From Patescibacteria group bacterium (GTDB lineage Bacteria > Patescibacteriota > Microgenomatia > JAMCZE01): a DNA stretch of 63,991 nt. Positions 24,584 to 33,941 of this stretch are shown piece after piece (position 1 is the first letter of the stretch; each line of letters begins with the position of its first letter). The notes beneath the pieces are model-generated. The model saw only the letters and a list, made by a program, of their open reading frames with translations, was not told where the DNA came from and made no database searches. A program made the translations under genes and the position numbers. The stretch lies in assembly GCA_023485845.1 (NCBI GenBank), contig JAMCZE010000014.1, forward strand, positions 1-63,991, given 5' to 3'.

Positions 24584-27364
24584 ATGGCAAACGAAAAGAA
24601 GATTCTTAACCCCCAGCAACAGAAGGCCGTGGAACATAAAGACGGGCCGCTGCTGATTGTGGCCGGGGCGGGGACGGGGAAAACCACTGTCGTTACGGAA
24701 AGAATTAAGTGGTTAATTGGCAAAGATTTGGCTAAGCCGGAGGAAATTTTGGCCCTGACATTTACCGAAAAGGCCGCCCGGGAAATGGAGGAGCGGGTGG
24801 ATCAGACCCTGCCCTATGGGACTTTCGGGATGTGGATTCTAACTTTTCATTCCTTCTGTGATCGAATCTTGCGCGCCGAAGCCCTACACATTGGTTTATC
24901 CCCCCACTATAAACTTCTCACCGAAGCAGAAACCTATTTATTAGTCAAGAAAAATTTCTGGAAATTTGAACTAGACCATTTTCGTCCCAGCGGCAACCCC
25001 TACAAATTCATCGAGGGGATGATCCAGCATTTTTCCCGGCTCAAAGACGAGGACATCAATCCGGAGCAATATAAAAATGATGAATATCTGGAACTGGTTG
25101 GGGCCTACCAGGCTTACGAAAAATTAAAAGTTGATGAAGGGGTGATGGATTTTGCCGACTTAATTTCCAACACTTTGAAACTCTTCCGCCGCTGTCCGGA
25201 GATTCTGGCCCGTTACCAGAAACAATTTAAGTATGTTCTGGTTGACGAGTTTCAGGACACTAATTTTGCCCAAAATGAATTGGTAAAACTGCTCTGTGGC
25301 CAGGCCCAAAATGTCACCGTGGTGGCCGATGATGACCAAAGCATCTACCGCTTCCGGGGGGCAGCGGTGGCCAATGTTTTGCAGTTTAAAAAAGACTTCC
25401 CGGACGCCAAGGTGATTACCTTAACCACTAATTACCGTTCCACTCAGGAGATTCTGGACCGGGCCTATGATTTGATTCAGCACAATAATCCCGATCGGTT
25501 GGAAGTGGCGGAAAAGATAGACAAGAAGTTGGTGTCTGGAATCGGGCCCGCCCCAGTCGGGCCGGGGAATAAGGGAGACAAGATAGAAGTCATTTACACT
25601 GATCGTGTCGAAGAGGAAGCGGAAGCCGTTGTTAAGAAAATTAAAGGCCCAAATTTTAGTGACTACGCAATTTTAGTTCGGGCAAATAATCACAGCGAAC
25701 CGTTTGTCCGGGCGCTGGAGCGGGCGCGGATTCCCTACCAATTTCTTGGCCCCGGCCAGCTTTTTCGCCAAAGCGAGGTGAAAGACCTGGTTGCCTATTT
25801 AAAGGTTCTTTATGACTTCACTGATTCCGTCTCTCTCTATCGAGTTCTCTCGATGGATATTTTTGGCTTTTCCCAGCGGGATTTGATTTGGATTTTGAAT
25901 AAGGCCAAAAGAATTAATCTGTGTCTTTTTGAACAATTAGAAAAAGAGGAAAACGAGAAAATTAAAGAGTTTGTCGCGATGGTTCATCGCCACCAGGAGC
26001 TAATCCCTAAGGAGTCGGCGGGACAGATTCTTTACTATTTTTTGGAGGATTCGGGAATTTTGAAAAGCATCGTTAATTGGGAAATCCGGGCGGCCCAAAA
26101 CATCGCTAAGTTTTTTGACAAGTTAAAATCCTTTGAGTCAACCAATAAGGACGCCGGTGTTTTTGCGACTGTTGACTATCTGGACTTGGCCATGGACATG
26201 GGCGAAAGCCCGCTGGCGGCAGAAACCGACTGGAGCGGCAACAACGCCGTTAATATTTTAACAATCCATTCCGCCAAGGGTCTGGAATTTCCGGTAGTTT
26301 TTTTGGTTAACTTAGTGGAAGGTCGGTTCCCAACGCGGGAACGATCGGAGCAAGTTCCCATCCCGGACAAACTGATTAAAGAGGTTTTGCCCAAAGGCGA
26401 TTTCCACATCGAGGAGGAACGCCGGCTGTTTTATGTCGGCATGACCCGGGCCAAAGAAAAATTAATCTTTTGTGCGGCCAACTTTTACGGGGAAGGGAAG
26501 CGGGAGCGGAAACTCTCACCGTTTGTTCACGAGGCGTTAGGTTCTAGTGATCAGGTTCTGGTGACTAGCAAAGAAAAAGAACAACTACCATTGTTTGAGT
26601 GGACAAAACCAGTTCTAGAACCCCCGGCCCGGCCGGGGCGGGCTAGTCACCAGAACCTAGAACCTTACCACGTCGACTATCTTTCCTATTCCGCTATCCA
26701 GGCTTTTAAGGAGTGCCCGTTGCATTATAAACTGCGCTATATTTTGCGAATTCCCACGCCCACCACCGCGCCGCTGTCGATGGGCAACTCCATCCATTTG
26801 GCCCTGCGGGATTTATACAGAGAACCCGGTGCAAATCTCTTAGAACTTCTGGAGAGAAACTGGGAACCGGCCGGCTACACCAGCAAGAAACACGAGGTCC
26901 AAACCAAAGAAAAGGCCAAAAAATTTCTGACAGAATATCTAAAGAGTGAGATTCATAAAACGGCCAAGCCGCTTTTATTGGAACAGCCGTTTAGTTTTAA
27001 GATAGAAGATCTTAAGATCGGCGGCAAGATTGACCGGGTTGATGATCGGGGAGACGGCGTGGTGGAAATCATTGATTACAAAACCGGGGCCAATGTGCCG
27101 ACCCAAAAAGATATCGATGCCGATTTGCAGATGACCATTTATGCCCTGGCCATGGCCGACCGCTACCTCGTTAATAAAATTAAACTCTCGTTCTACTACT
27201 TTGACACCCAAAGCCAGGTGACAACAATTCGCACCAAAGAACAACTGGAAGAAGCAAAGAAAGAGCTCTTAAGAATCCGTGACGAAATTGAAAAAAGTGA
27301 TTTCCTCTGCTCCGGCTCCATGATGTGTAAAAATTGCGAGTTTAAAATATTATGTAACGGCTAA
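24584..27364 (+). CDS. UvrD-type helicase fused to a PD-(D/E)XK nuclease with a C-terminal Cys cluster (AddA/AddB-like)
   Basis: AGAGTGKT, VDEFQDTN, TIHSAKGLEF and YVGMTRA motifs. C-terminal GKIDRVD...IIDYKTG and CSGSMMCKNCEFKILC. Confidence 0.85.
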   Translation: MANEKKILNPQQQKAVEHKDGPLLIVAGAGTGKTTVVTERIKWLIGKDLAKPEEILALTFTEKAAREMEERVDQTLPYGTFGMWILTFHSFCDRILRAEALHIGLSPHYKLLTEAETYLLVKKNFWKFELDHFRPSGNPYKFIEGMIQHFSRLKDEDINPEQYKNDEYLELVGAYQAYEKLKVDEGVMDFADLISNTLKLFRRCPEILARYQKQFKYVLVDEFQDTNFAQNELVKLLCGQAQNVTVVADDDQSIYRFRGAAVANVLQFKKDFPDAKVITLTTNYRSTQEILDRAYDLIQHNNPDRLEVAEKIDKKLVSGIGPAPVGPGNKGDKIEVIYTDRVEEEAEAVVKKIKGPNFSDYAILVRANNHSEPFVRALERARIPYQFLGPGQLFRQSEVKDLVAYLKVLYDFTDSVSLYRVLSMDIFGFSQRDLIWILNKAKRINLCLFEQLEKEENEKIKEFVAMVHRHQELIPKESAGQILYYFLEDSGILKSIVNWEIRAAQNIAKFFDKLKSFESTNKDAGVFATVDYLDLAMDMGESPLAAETDWSGNNAVNILTIHSAKGLEFPVVFLVNLVEGRFPTRERSEQVPIPDKLIKEVLPKGDFHIEEERRLFYVGMTRAKEKLIFCAANFYGEGKRERKLSPFVHEALGSSDQVLVTSKEKEQLPLFEWTKPVLEPPARPGRASHQNLEPYHVDYLSYSAIQAFKECPLHYKLRYILRIPTPTTAPLSMGNSIHLALRDLYREPGANLLELLERNWEPAGYTSKKHEVQTKEKAKKFLTEYLKSEIHKTAKPLLLEQPFSFKIEDLKIGGKIDRVDDRGDGVVEIIDYKTGANVPTQKDIDADLQMTIYALAMADRYLVNKIKLSFYYFDTQSQVTTIRTKEQLEEAKKELLRIRDEIEKSDFLCSGSMMCKNCEFKILCNG
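26540..26567. repeat. Left arm: period-7/14 tract GGTTCTA GTGATCA GGTTCTG GTGACTA
   Basis: 26553-26569 is the perfect reverse complement of 26642-26658. Confidence 0.8.
26644..26664. repeat. Right arm: TAGTCAC CAGAACC TAGAACC (inverted copy of the left arm)
   Basis: 17-bp perfect inverted repeat with 72-nt spacing. The centre carries the palindromes TTCTAGAA and CCCCGGCC-c-GGCCGGGG. Confidence 0.8.
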
Positions 27365-28118
27365 AACTTCCCGGATATTCCACGATTTTTCCCCCCCAGC
27401 CCAATTTGAATTTGGTGAAGCCTTGCCAGCGTTTGGTTTGGGAGGAATAGCGGTCGTCGTAGATGCCCTCAAGATCGAGATATTTCAGTCTTTTCTTCTG
27501 GCAGAATTTAATTGCCTCCCACAAGGTGAGATAGGCGGCCCCAAGTTTGCGGCCGGCTGCAGTGTTGGCGGCATACATATAGTGGGCGGTGTCGCCATGC
27601 CAAATTAAGAGACAACCAGCGATAGGAAGTAGGAAAGCAGGAGAGTAGGAAAGCAGGAGAGTGGAACCGGAGGGTTGGAAGGAGCGATAGAGGTTAGTTA
27701 CTTCGTGGCGAATCGGCACGGACCAGTGGCCAATTTTCATCGTCTCCTGCAGCATTTTATAGAAGAGTTCAACATCCTGGCAGGGTTCCACCCTGACATT
27801 GGCCCTTTCCGCCTTTCTAATTTCATAACGGGTGTCCTTGGGTAAATTAATTTTCTTTAAGTCTAGGATTAATGTTTTTGTTGGCAGAAGTGGCCAGGAG
27901 TCTTTTTTAAATCCCGAGATGTTAATTTCTGTCAGTGGTTCAAGTTTGATTAAAAATGGATGGTATTTTTTTAGAATTTCTAAGTTAATGGCGGTCGGAC
28001 GTTGGATTTTGACTAAAGAAGTGAACCAAAGTTTTTTGATAAACGTCCCGCCTTCCACAATCCAGCCCAGCGACTCCATATATTTGGCGTAGTTTGGCGA
28101 TTGGTGAATGTCGGTCAT
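27342..28118 (-). CDS. FemAB-family peptidoglycan interpeptide-bridge transferase-like protein
   Basis: Paralog of the adjacent gene. AAYLTLWEAIKFCQKKRLKYLDLEG...FKLGWGG. Confidence 0.7.
   Translation of the reverse strand: MTDIHQSPNYAKYMESLGWIVEGGTFIKKLWFTSLVKIQRPTAINLEILKKYHPFLIKLEPLTEINISGFKKDSWPLLPTKTLILDLKKINLPKDTRYEIRKAERANVRVEPCQDVELFYKMLQETMKIGHWSVPIRHEVTNLYRSFQPSGSTLLLSYSPAFLLPIAGCLLIWHGDTAHYMYAANTAAGRKLGAAYLTLWEAIKFCQKKRLKYLDLEGIYDDRYSSQTKRWQGFTKFKLGWGGKIVEYPGSFSRYIIF
27629..27660. repeat. Perfect tandem duplication of a 16-nt unit (GTAGGAAAGCAGGAGA x2) inside the Fem-like gene
   Basis: Read directly from the sequence. The two copies are translated in different frames (LLLSY / SPAFLL). 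Confidence 0.85.
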
Positions 28119-28978
28119 CTTAAAAGTTTTCGGAATTTATCGGCCAGGGGGTATAGGGAATATAAGGGGGATAAGGGAATATCAATAGTGGGAGGGAAGT
28201 CGACTTCTTGGCCGCCAAAGCCGGATTTGAAACGGTAGATGCCCCACCAGGGATCCGACTCTTCCGGCTTTTCTTTATAGCTGCCCCACAGATCATAAAC
28301 TTTGCAGCCCAGCTTTTTTCCCAGTTTGATTGCTTCCCAATGGAGAAGGTGCGGGGCCATCATTTCCCGAAATTTCGGGTCAGAGCCGCCATAGGGATAA
28401 TAGAGGGTGTCTTTGTAGCGAAAAAGCATGATGGCTGCCATTGGGAAAGCGGAGAGTAAATAGACCATTTTTGTTGGGCGCAAAATTTCCCAGAGCTTTC
28501 GGTAATAATTTGCCGGGTGGGAATAAAACCCCTGCCGGGATTCCGTTTTTTCCAAAAGATTGATGAAGTCTTCTAAGTCTTTCCTGCTTTCCTGCTCTCT
28601 AACTTGCACTCCCTTTTTTTGCGCCAGCCTGATGTTGTAGCGAGTTTTCTCATGCATGTTGGCCAGCAGCTTTTCTTCTGACTGGTTCAGATCAACATAA
28701 ATAGTATGTTGGGGTAAGACGGAAGCACTTACCGGGAAGCCGGTAGTTTCTCTTAGTGGCTCAACCTTAATAAATAAAGCATTCTCTTTTTTGCAAAGCT
28801 CCTGTAGTTCGGCGTTAATTTTAATGTCCGCCCGGGGAATATAGGCCACAGTGAAAGGCAGGTGGGGGACGCGGTGAATATAGACCAGGGTCTTCCCGAT
28901 TTCCAAGACTTTTTTGACCGTGGGAGTGGCTAGGCGAAACTGGGCCCACTGCTTAGATTGAGTAATATGGTCCGTCAT
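28115..28978 (-). CDS. FemAB-family peptidoglycan interpeptide-bridge transferase-like protein
   Basis: HLLHWEAIKLGKKLGCKVYDLWG...YRFKSGFGG. Confidence 0.7.
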   Translation of the reverse strand: MTDHITQSKQWAQFRLATPTVKKVLEIGKTLVYIHRVPHLPFTVAYIPRADIKINAELQELCKKENALFIKVEPLRETTGFPVSASVLPQHTIYVDLNQSEEKLLANMHEKTRYNIRLAQKKGVQVREQESRKDLEDFINLLEKTESRQGFYSHPANYYRKLWEILRPTKMVYLLSAFPMAAIMLFRYKDTLYYPYGGSDPKFREMMAPHLLHWEAIKLGKKLGCKVYDLWGSYKEKPEESDPWWGIYRFKSGFGGQEVDFPPTIDIPLSPLYSLYPLADKFRKLLR

Positions 28979-28993
28979 GCTATTCTGATACTA

Positions 28994-31117
28994 ATGGATC
29001 TTGGATCGGTAATCAATCGCGTTGGACAAACCGTTTCCGCCGGTCATCCCCCGCCGGAAAAATTCTTGGCGGTGAAACTCTCTTCCGGCTCGGTGGTGGC
29101 CACTGTTTGGTCGGTGACAAACGGCCAGGTGACCATCGGCAAAATCGGCTCCGCCGCCCTGGCTCAGGATGACTGGGATCATTTTCTTAAGACGGCAGAC
29201 CAGGCCGTGTCCACCGCTCTAGCGGCCGATGTCCCCGTAGCCAAGGTGGTTTTTGCTGTGCCGCTGGATTGGGTGACGGACGGCAAGATCACGGCCGAGC
29301 ATCTGGCGGACTTGCGCCGCTTATGCAAAGAGCTGGACCTGACACCGGTGGGCTTTGTGGTTATCACCGAGGCGCTGGAGAACTATTATAAAGAAATTGA
29401 AGGAGCGCCCTTGACGGCAATTCTGGTTGGTTTGGAAGGCGCCAAAAGCACCTTAACGATGTTCCGGGCCGGCAAAAATCTCGGCACCGTGCCCTTGGCG
29501 GTGAAGGACCCCTCGGCTCAGGGAATCATTGACGCCATGGAGGAAACGCTGAAAAACTTCACCGCGGCGGAAGTGCTGCCCTCAAGAATCATTCTCTTTG
29601 ACGGCGGCAATGATTTAGAAGAGCTGGGCGAAAAAATCACTGCCCATCCCTGGTCCAAAGGTCTGCCGTTTCTTCATTTTCCCAAAGTGGAGATTGCCTC
29701 CTCAGAGTTGGTGGTCAAGGCGGTGGCGGTGGCCGGAGGGGTGCAAATGGGCGGGCAGGTGACCCCGGCGACAATGGAGGCGGCCTCACAAGAACCTTCC
29801 CAACCGAAGGCTTCGCCACCAGAATTGGAGGAAGTCAGTGCCTTGGAAGCGGGATTTACTTCTGAAGAAACAATGGACGAACTGGCTATCATTGCCCCGC
29901 CTCCCCCGACCCCCGAGGAAAATTTGCCCCAATTTAAGCCCCGCCTTAATTTTGGGAAAATAACAGCATTGTTGGAAAAAATCAAAATTCCCACTTTGAA
30001 AATTCCTAAAGGTTCAAAAAAATTCCCTCTGCTGGCGGCGGCCGGCTTGGCGGCCGTGATAATTATTTTTGCGGCCGTGGTGTACTTTGTTCCTAAGGTG
30101 ACGGTGATTGTGAAAGTCATTCCTCAGCCGTTTAGGGAGCAGCTGGCGGTGACGGTGACCACCAGTGGAAACAGCGTGTCCAGCACTAATTCGGCGGTGT
30201 TGGCCGGCAGTTTTCTGGATGTCGAGGAAGTGGGAACGAGAAAAGGGGTGGCCAGCGGCCAGAAATTAGTGGGTGATCCGGCCAAAGGGAGTGTGACCAT
30301 CTACAGTGTCAGTTCGGCCAAAACTTTCCCTAAGGGGACCGTGTTGGCTTCAAGCGACGGCCTGAAATTCACTTTGGACCAGGACAGCGCGGTGGCATCC
30401 GGGGACGCGGTGACAGCGGCGACCGCCACCGTCACGGTGACTGCAGCGGACATTGGGGATAAATATAATTTGCCGGCGGGCACCAAATTTACGCTTGGCA
30501 GCACCTCTTCATCACAGTATCTGGCCAAAAACGACTCGGCCTTTTCCGGCGGCAACAGCCACCAGGCCACCGTGGTGACCAAGGAAGACCAAGACCGACT
30601 GATGGCCACTTTGTCGGCAGAGCTGACAGCCAAGGCCCAGGGAGATCTGCAAACAAAACTAGCGGCCGGTCAATCGCTACTGCCAAATGCGATCACGGCC
30701 CAGGTGGTCAAGAAAGCCTTCTCGGCTGACGTGGACAGTGAGGCGGACACGATTAGTTTGGATTTGACGATGGATTTTCGGGGAACAGTTTTCTCCCAGG
30801 CGGATTTGATTGCCCTGTTTGCCCAAAAATACGCGATGGACATCCCCACGGATTATCAATTGCCGGCCGACTCGGCGCAGATCAGCGTTAAAGACGCCAA
30901 AACAAATAAGGACGGCAGTTCCACGTTAACAATTGTCGTGGCGGCTAACCTTTTGCCCCAGGTGGACCAACAGGCTTTGCTGGCCAACCTGCACACCTTG
31001 CCGGCCGGGGTGGCCCAGGTGGAAGTGGACACCACGCCGCGCCTCTTTGCCCCGCTGACGGCAATCCATCTTCCGTTTAAGAAGGACAACCTGAAGGTGG
31101 AAATTGTCAGCCAATAG
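28994..31117 (+). CDS. Bitopic protein: cytoplasmic actin-like (FtsA/PilM-like?) N-domain, Pro-rich linker, TM helix, large extracytoplasmic domain
   Basis: Start at MDLGSV. TM helix FPLLAAAGLAAVIIIFAAVVYFV. The domain assignment is tentative. Confidence 0.5.
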   Translation: MDLGSVINRVGQTVSAGHPPPEKFLAVKLSSGSVVATVWSVTNGQVTIGKIGSAALAQDDWDHFLKTADQAVSTALAADVPVAKVVFAVPLDWVTDGKITAEHLADLRRLCKELDLTPVGFVVITEALENYYKEIEGAPLTAILVGLEGAKSTLTMFRAGKNLGTVPLAVKDPSAQGIIDAMEETLKNFTAAEVLPSRIILFDGGNDLEELGEKITAHPWSKGLPFLHFPKVEIASSELVVKAVAVAGGVQMGGQVTPATMEAASQEPSQPKASPPELEEVSALEAGFTSEETMDELAIIAPPPPTPEENLPQFKPRLNFGKITALLEKIKIPTLKIPKGSKKFPLLAAAGLAAVIIIFAAVVYFVPKVTVIVKVIPQPFREQLAVTVTTSGNSVSSTNSAVLAGSFLDVEEVGTRKGVASGQKLVGDPAKGSVTIYSVSSAKTFPKGTVLASSDGLKFTLDQDSAVASGDAVTAATATVTVTAADIGDKYNLPAGTKFTLGSTSSSQYLAKNDSAFSGGNSHQATVVTKEDQDRLMATLSAELTAKAQGDLQTKLAAGQSLLPNAITAQVVKKAFSADVDSEADTISLDLTMDFRGTVFSQADLIALFAQKYAMDIPTDYQLPADSAQISVKDAKTNKDGSSTLTIVVAANLLPQVDQQALLANLHTLPAGVAQVEVDTTPRLFAPLTAIHLPFKKDNLKVEIVSQ

Positions 31118-31120
31118 CTT

Positions 31121-31873
31121 ATGCTTTACGTCTACACGAAGTCCGACCACTATGTGAATACTTATCTAGTTGATCCCGGCCGCCACCGCCGGACCACCGG
31201 TCTGTTATCCACGGTTTTTCTTTTGGTGGGGTTGTTTTTAATCGGCCAGGTGGTTTATCCGGTTTTGGGTTGGTATGTGTTTGCCCTGCCAACCTTCTCC
31301 CCGCCGATTGTTTCCCCTCTCTCTGCCAGTGCTTATGCTCCACCAGCTGTTTCCCTTCCCACGGCCGCCCTGATTGCCCCGGTTGATAATAATCCGTCAT
31401 ATGATGCTTCCTCCTGGTTTCCCAACGCCAAACCGTTCACCGGGGTGCTTAACACCGACCTAAGAACCTACACCATTAGTGTGCCCAAATTAAAAATTGA
31501 TGAGGCAACGGTGGAAATCGGTGGTGATGACTTGAAAAAATCACTGGTGGCCTGGCCCACTTCGGCCGTCCCCGGCAACTACGGCGTGAACATTATCTTC
31601 GGCCATTCCGAGCTGCCGCAGTTTGCCAGCCCGAATAATTTTTCCGGGATCTTCACTCATATTATGGAATTGGGGCAAGGGGATGTGATTTATGTGGATT
31701 ATGACGGCATTCGTTATAAGTATGAAGTGGTCGACAAAACGGTGGTGGAACCCACTGACCTGTCCGTTTTGGAACAGCGGTTTGATGACCGCTATCTTAC
31801 CTTAATCACCTGCGTTCCTCCGGGGACTGTCTGGCAGCGCGGGGTGGTGAAGGCGGTGATGAGCCAATCTTGA
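31121..31873 (+). CDS. Sortase-family transpeptidase
   Basis: N-terminal TM helix, catalytic IIFGHSE (His), TLITC (Cys), and a downstream Arg region. Confidence 0.85.
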   Translation: MLYVYTKSDHYVNTYLVDPGRHRRTTGLLSTVFLLVGLFLIGQVVYPVLGWYVFALPTFSPPIVSPLSASAYAPPAVSLPTAALIAPVDNNPSYDASSWFPNAKPFTGVLNTDLRTYTISVPKLKIDEATVEIGGDDLKKSLVAWPTSAVPGNYGVNIIFGHSELPQFASPNNFSGIFTHIMELGQGDVIYVDYDGIRYKYEVVDKTVVEPTDLSVLEQRFDDRYLTLITCVPPGTVWQRGVVKAVMSQS

Positions 31874-31901
31874 CTTGTTAAAACTATGATATAATCGCCT
31901 T

Positions 31902-32261
31902 ATGACTACTACTAACGAAGGCGAGAGGCGAGAAATTAAGCAAAACGATATGGCGTTCACAATGGGTGTTGTTGTTGTTGCTCTTGGGGCCTGCGTTTTT
32001 TTGAACAATGCTCCGGAAACTGCAAGACATCTTTCATTACTTTCTTCCTTGGTTGATCAAGGCGGCTCCCAGGAAGTTATTAATTGGGAGTTAGTGGAAA
32101 CATTAAGGCCCGGACTTGTTACTATTATTGGTGGCCTTGGTTCTTGGTTGGGAGCAATACTGCTGAAGGAAACAATTGAAGATGGGATTGTGATAAAAAT
32201 GAAACACTTATCAGGGACTAACGTTGAAAAAGTCATTGTCCCTGCTAGTAAAGATAAATAG
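31902..32261 (+). CDS. Small membrane protein (tandem paralog 1)
   Basis: EREIKQ..., two TM helices and the APETA motif, all shared with 32280-32576. Confidence 0.55.
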   Translation: MTTTNEGERREIKQNDMAFTMGVVVVALGACVFLNNAPETARHLSLLSSLVDQGGSQEVINWELVETLRPGLVTIIGGLGSWLGAILLKETIEDGIVIKMKHLSGTNVEKVIVPASKDK

Positions 32262-32279
32262 AACTTTTACCTATTATTT

Positions 32280-32576
32280 ATGGTTACTCAAGACACAGAA
32301 CGGGAAATTAAGAAAGCCGAAAATCGATTTGAGGACGGTGTTGGTTTCGTTATTTTGGGACTATGTATTCTTTTGGCTTCTGTTCCGGAAACCGCTAAAG
32401 ATTTTTCGGTATCTCTTTTAGAGAGAAACTCTTGGGATTTATTGAAAACAGGAGTTACTCTTACTATGGCAGGATGTGGCATAATGGGGATATTAGTCGG
32501 GGTTGGAATGACTAAAGAAGCAACTGTTCAAGAAATAGTAACCAGGGTAGGCGTTTTGTCTCATCGAGGGAAATAA
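32280..32576 (+). CDS. Small membrane protein (tandem paralog 2)
   Basis: TEREIKKAENRF..., VPETAKDF, same topology as the upstream gene. Confidence 0.55.
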   Translation: MVTQDTEREIKKAENRFEDGVGFVILGLCILLASVPETAKDFSVSLLERNSWDLLKTGVTLTMAGCGIMGILVGVGMTKEATVQEIVTRVGVLSHRGK

Positions 32577-32624
32577 ATTGCCTCTTGAAAATGGGAAAAA
32601 TCTTGGATAAAATTATACGAGGTT

Positions 32625-33110
32625 ATGGATAAATTAATGTCTCCATTGGGCGAGCGGAGGACACAAATAGAATCAAGAGTTCTGGCTGTTGAGCGAGAAT
32701 TAGGCCATCCAATCTTTTCCCCAGATGGCTATAAAATGGATAATGGTGGATATTTAACAGGATCTCCTTTTGAAAACGTTGGACATGAGGATCCGGGAAT
32801 TCTTGATCTTGTAATCGTGGATCGGGCAGGCCAAGGAGGTAAATTGGGTAGGGATCAGGCGGAAAAACTTGCGGAAATACCTGAGCAATCAAGACCTGAT
32901 GTCATGCTTCTGGCAAAGTCGGTGTTTGCGGCAGGGTTCGAGGATATGAAGGCTGGAGAGCCGATGGCAGAGGCTGTCGGTGCATTGATTCTTGCCTTTG
33001 GTGATGTCAGGAAATTGCCCATCCCAGATAGCGTCAAAATGGATTTGATGACCGATCTAGTTTTGACAGCCCAAGCAGGGGAAAGTGCCTCCCAGAGAAC
33101 TTCTAGCTAG
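32625..33110 (+). CDS. Hypothetical protein (161 aa)
   Basis: Intact ORF. No motif recognised. Confidence 0.5.
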   Translation: MDKLMSPLGERRTQIESRVLAVERELGHPIFSPDGYKMDNGGYLTGSPFENVGHEDPGILDLVIVDRAGQGGKLGRDQAEKLAEIPEQSRPDVMLLAKSVFAAGFEDMKAGEPMAEAVGALILAFGDVRKLPIPDSVKMDLMTDLVLTAQAGESASQRTSS

Positions 33111-33416
33111 GCTTTATGGAGTTGCTTTAAATTCTTAAGTTGGCTACTGCGTCACCCAAAGCAAAGAGTTTTCTTTAGTCAATACAATCTTGTCGGGCAA
33201 GGCTCTCACCAATATTAGTAAGCCGCCGATTAATTTGCACTGTTGTGGTCTCCGTTGCATTTTCAGATATATATATTCCTGCACCTGAGTTTCTTCATGG
33301 TTAGCAAATTAGTTCCTTTAAATTTTTCTGTTTTATGGCTGTCTTTTTCACTGTGCCTATAGTATAGAGTGCTTGGTTGATTTTGCCAAATACTTCTTGT
33401 AGCATTATGGTCAAGC

Positions 33417-33752
33417 ATGATTTTAGGCATTGATTATGGAGAAGTTTGGTGCGGGATGGCGACATCTGAGGGCAGCCTGGCGGCGCCGCTGAAAGCTGTT
33501 CCCACTAAAAAAATTTTTTCGGAAGTGGAGGCGATGAAACCGGAAAAAATCGTTGTTGGCATTTCCGAAGGAGCCATGGCCAAGAAAACTTTAGTTTTTG
33601 CCGAGAAACTGCGTGATTGGACCCGCGCCCCGGTGGAAACGATTGATGAAACTCTGACCAGCTGGCAGGCGGGCAAAATTAAAAAAAAGAAGGTTGACCA
33701 ACACGCCGTGGCCGCGGCCTTGATTTTAAACCGCTTCTTGGGTAACATGTAA
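33417..33752 (+). CDS. ruvX: YqgF/RuvX-like putative pre-16S rRNA nuclease / Holliday junction resolvase
   Basis: ILGIDYGEVWCGMA..., IVVGIS..., DETLTS. Confidence 0.75.
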   Translation: MILGIDYGEVWCGMATSEGSLAAPLKAVPTKKIFSEVEAMKPEKIVVGISEGAMAKKTLVFAEKLRDWTRAPVETIDETLTSWQAGKIKKKKVDQHAVAAALILNRFLGNM

Positions 33753-33757
33753 CCACA

Positions 33758-33940
33758 ATGTTTAAAAACCTAATTGCTCCCGTTCAGGCTTGGCTGCTTT
33801 CCCAAGGAAAATGTGTTGGCTGCGGCATGGTGCTGGCCAAGGCAAAACGAGACGGTAACCGGGTGGTTTGCAAATGCAAGCGGGTTTATGTTGATGAAGG
33901 CAATGGCAAATTCCGTCGGGCAAAACTTGAGGAGGTTTAA
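33758..33940 (+). CDS. Small zinc-ribbon protein
   Basis: CVGCG...CKCKRVY Cys pairs, 60 aa. Confidence 0.45.
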   Translation: MFKNLIAPVQAWLLSQGKCVGCGMVLAKAKRDGNRVVCKCKRVYVDEGNGKFRRAKLEEV

Positions 33941-33941
33941 C

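Noticed and set aside
27629-27660. Tandem repeats (27629-27660, 53487-53590, 59137-59166) considered as CRISPR arrays.
   Set aside because: The units are 7-16 nt with no unique spacers, the arrays are far too short, and no cas genes are present.
27631-28600. Shared 12-mer AGGAAAGCAGGA between the two Fem paralogs, on opposite strands.
   Set aside because: A 12-nt match is expected by chance many times in a 64-kb two-strand comparison, so it is not treated as a repeat family.
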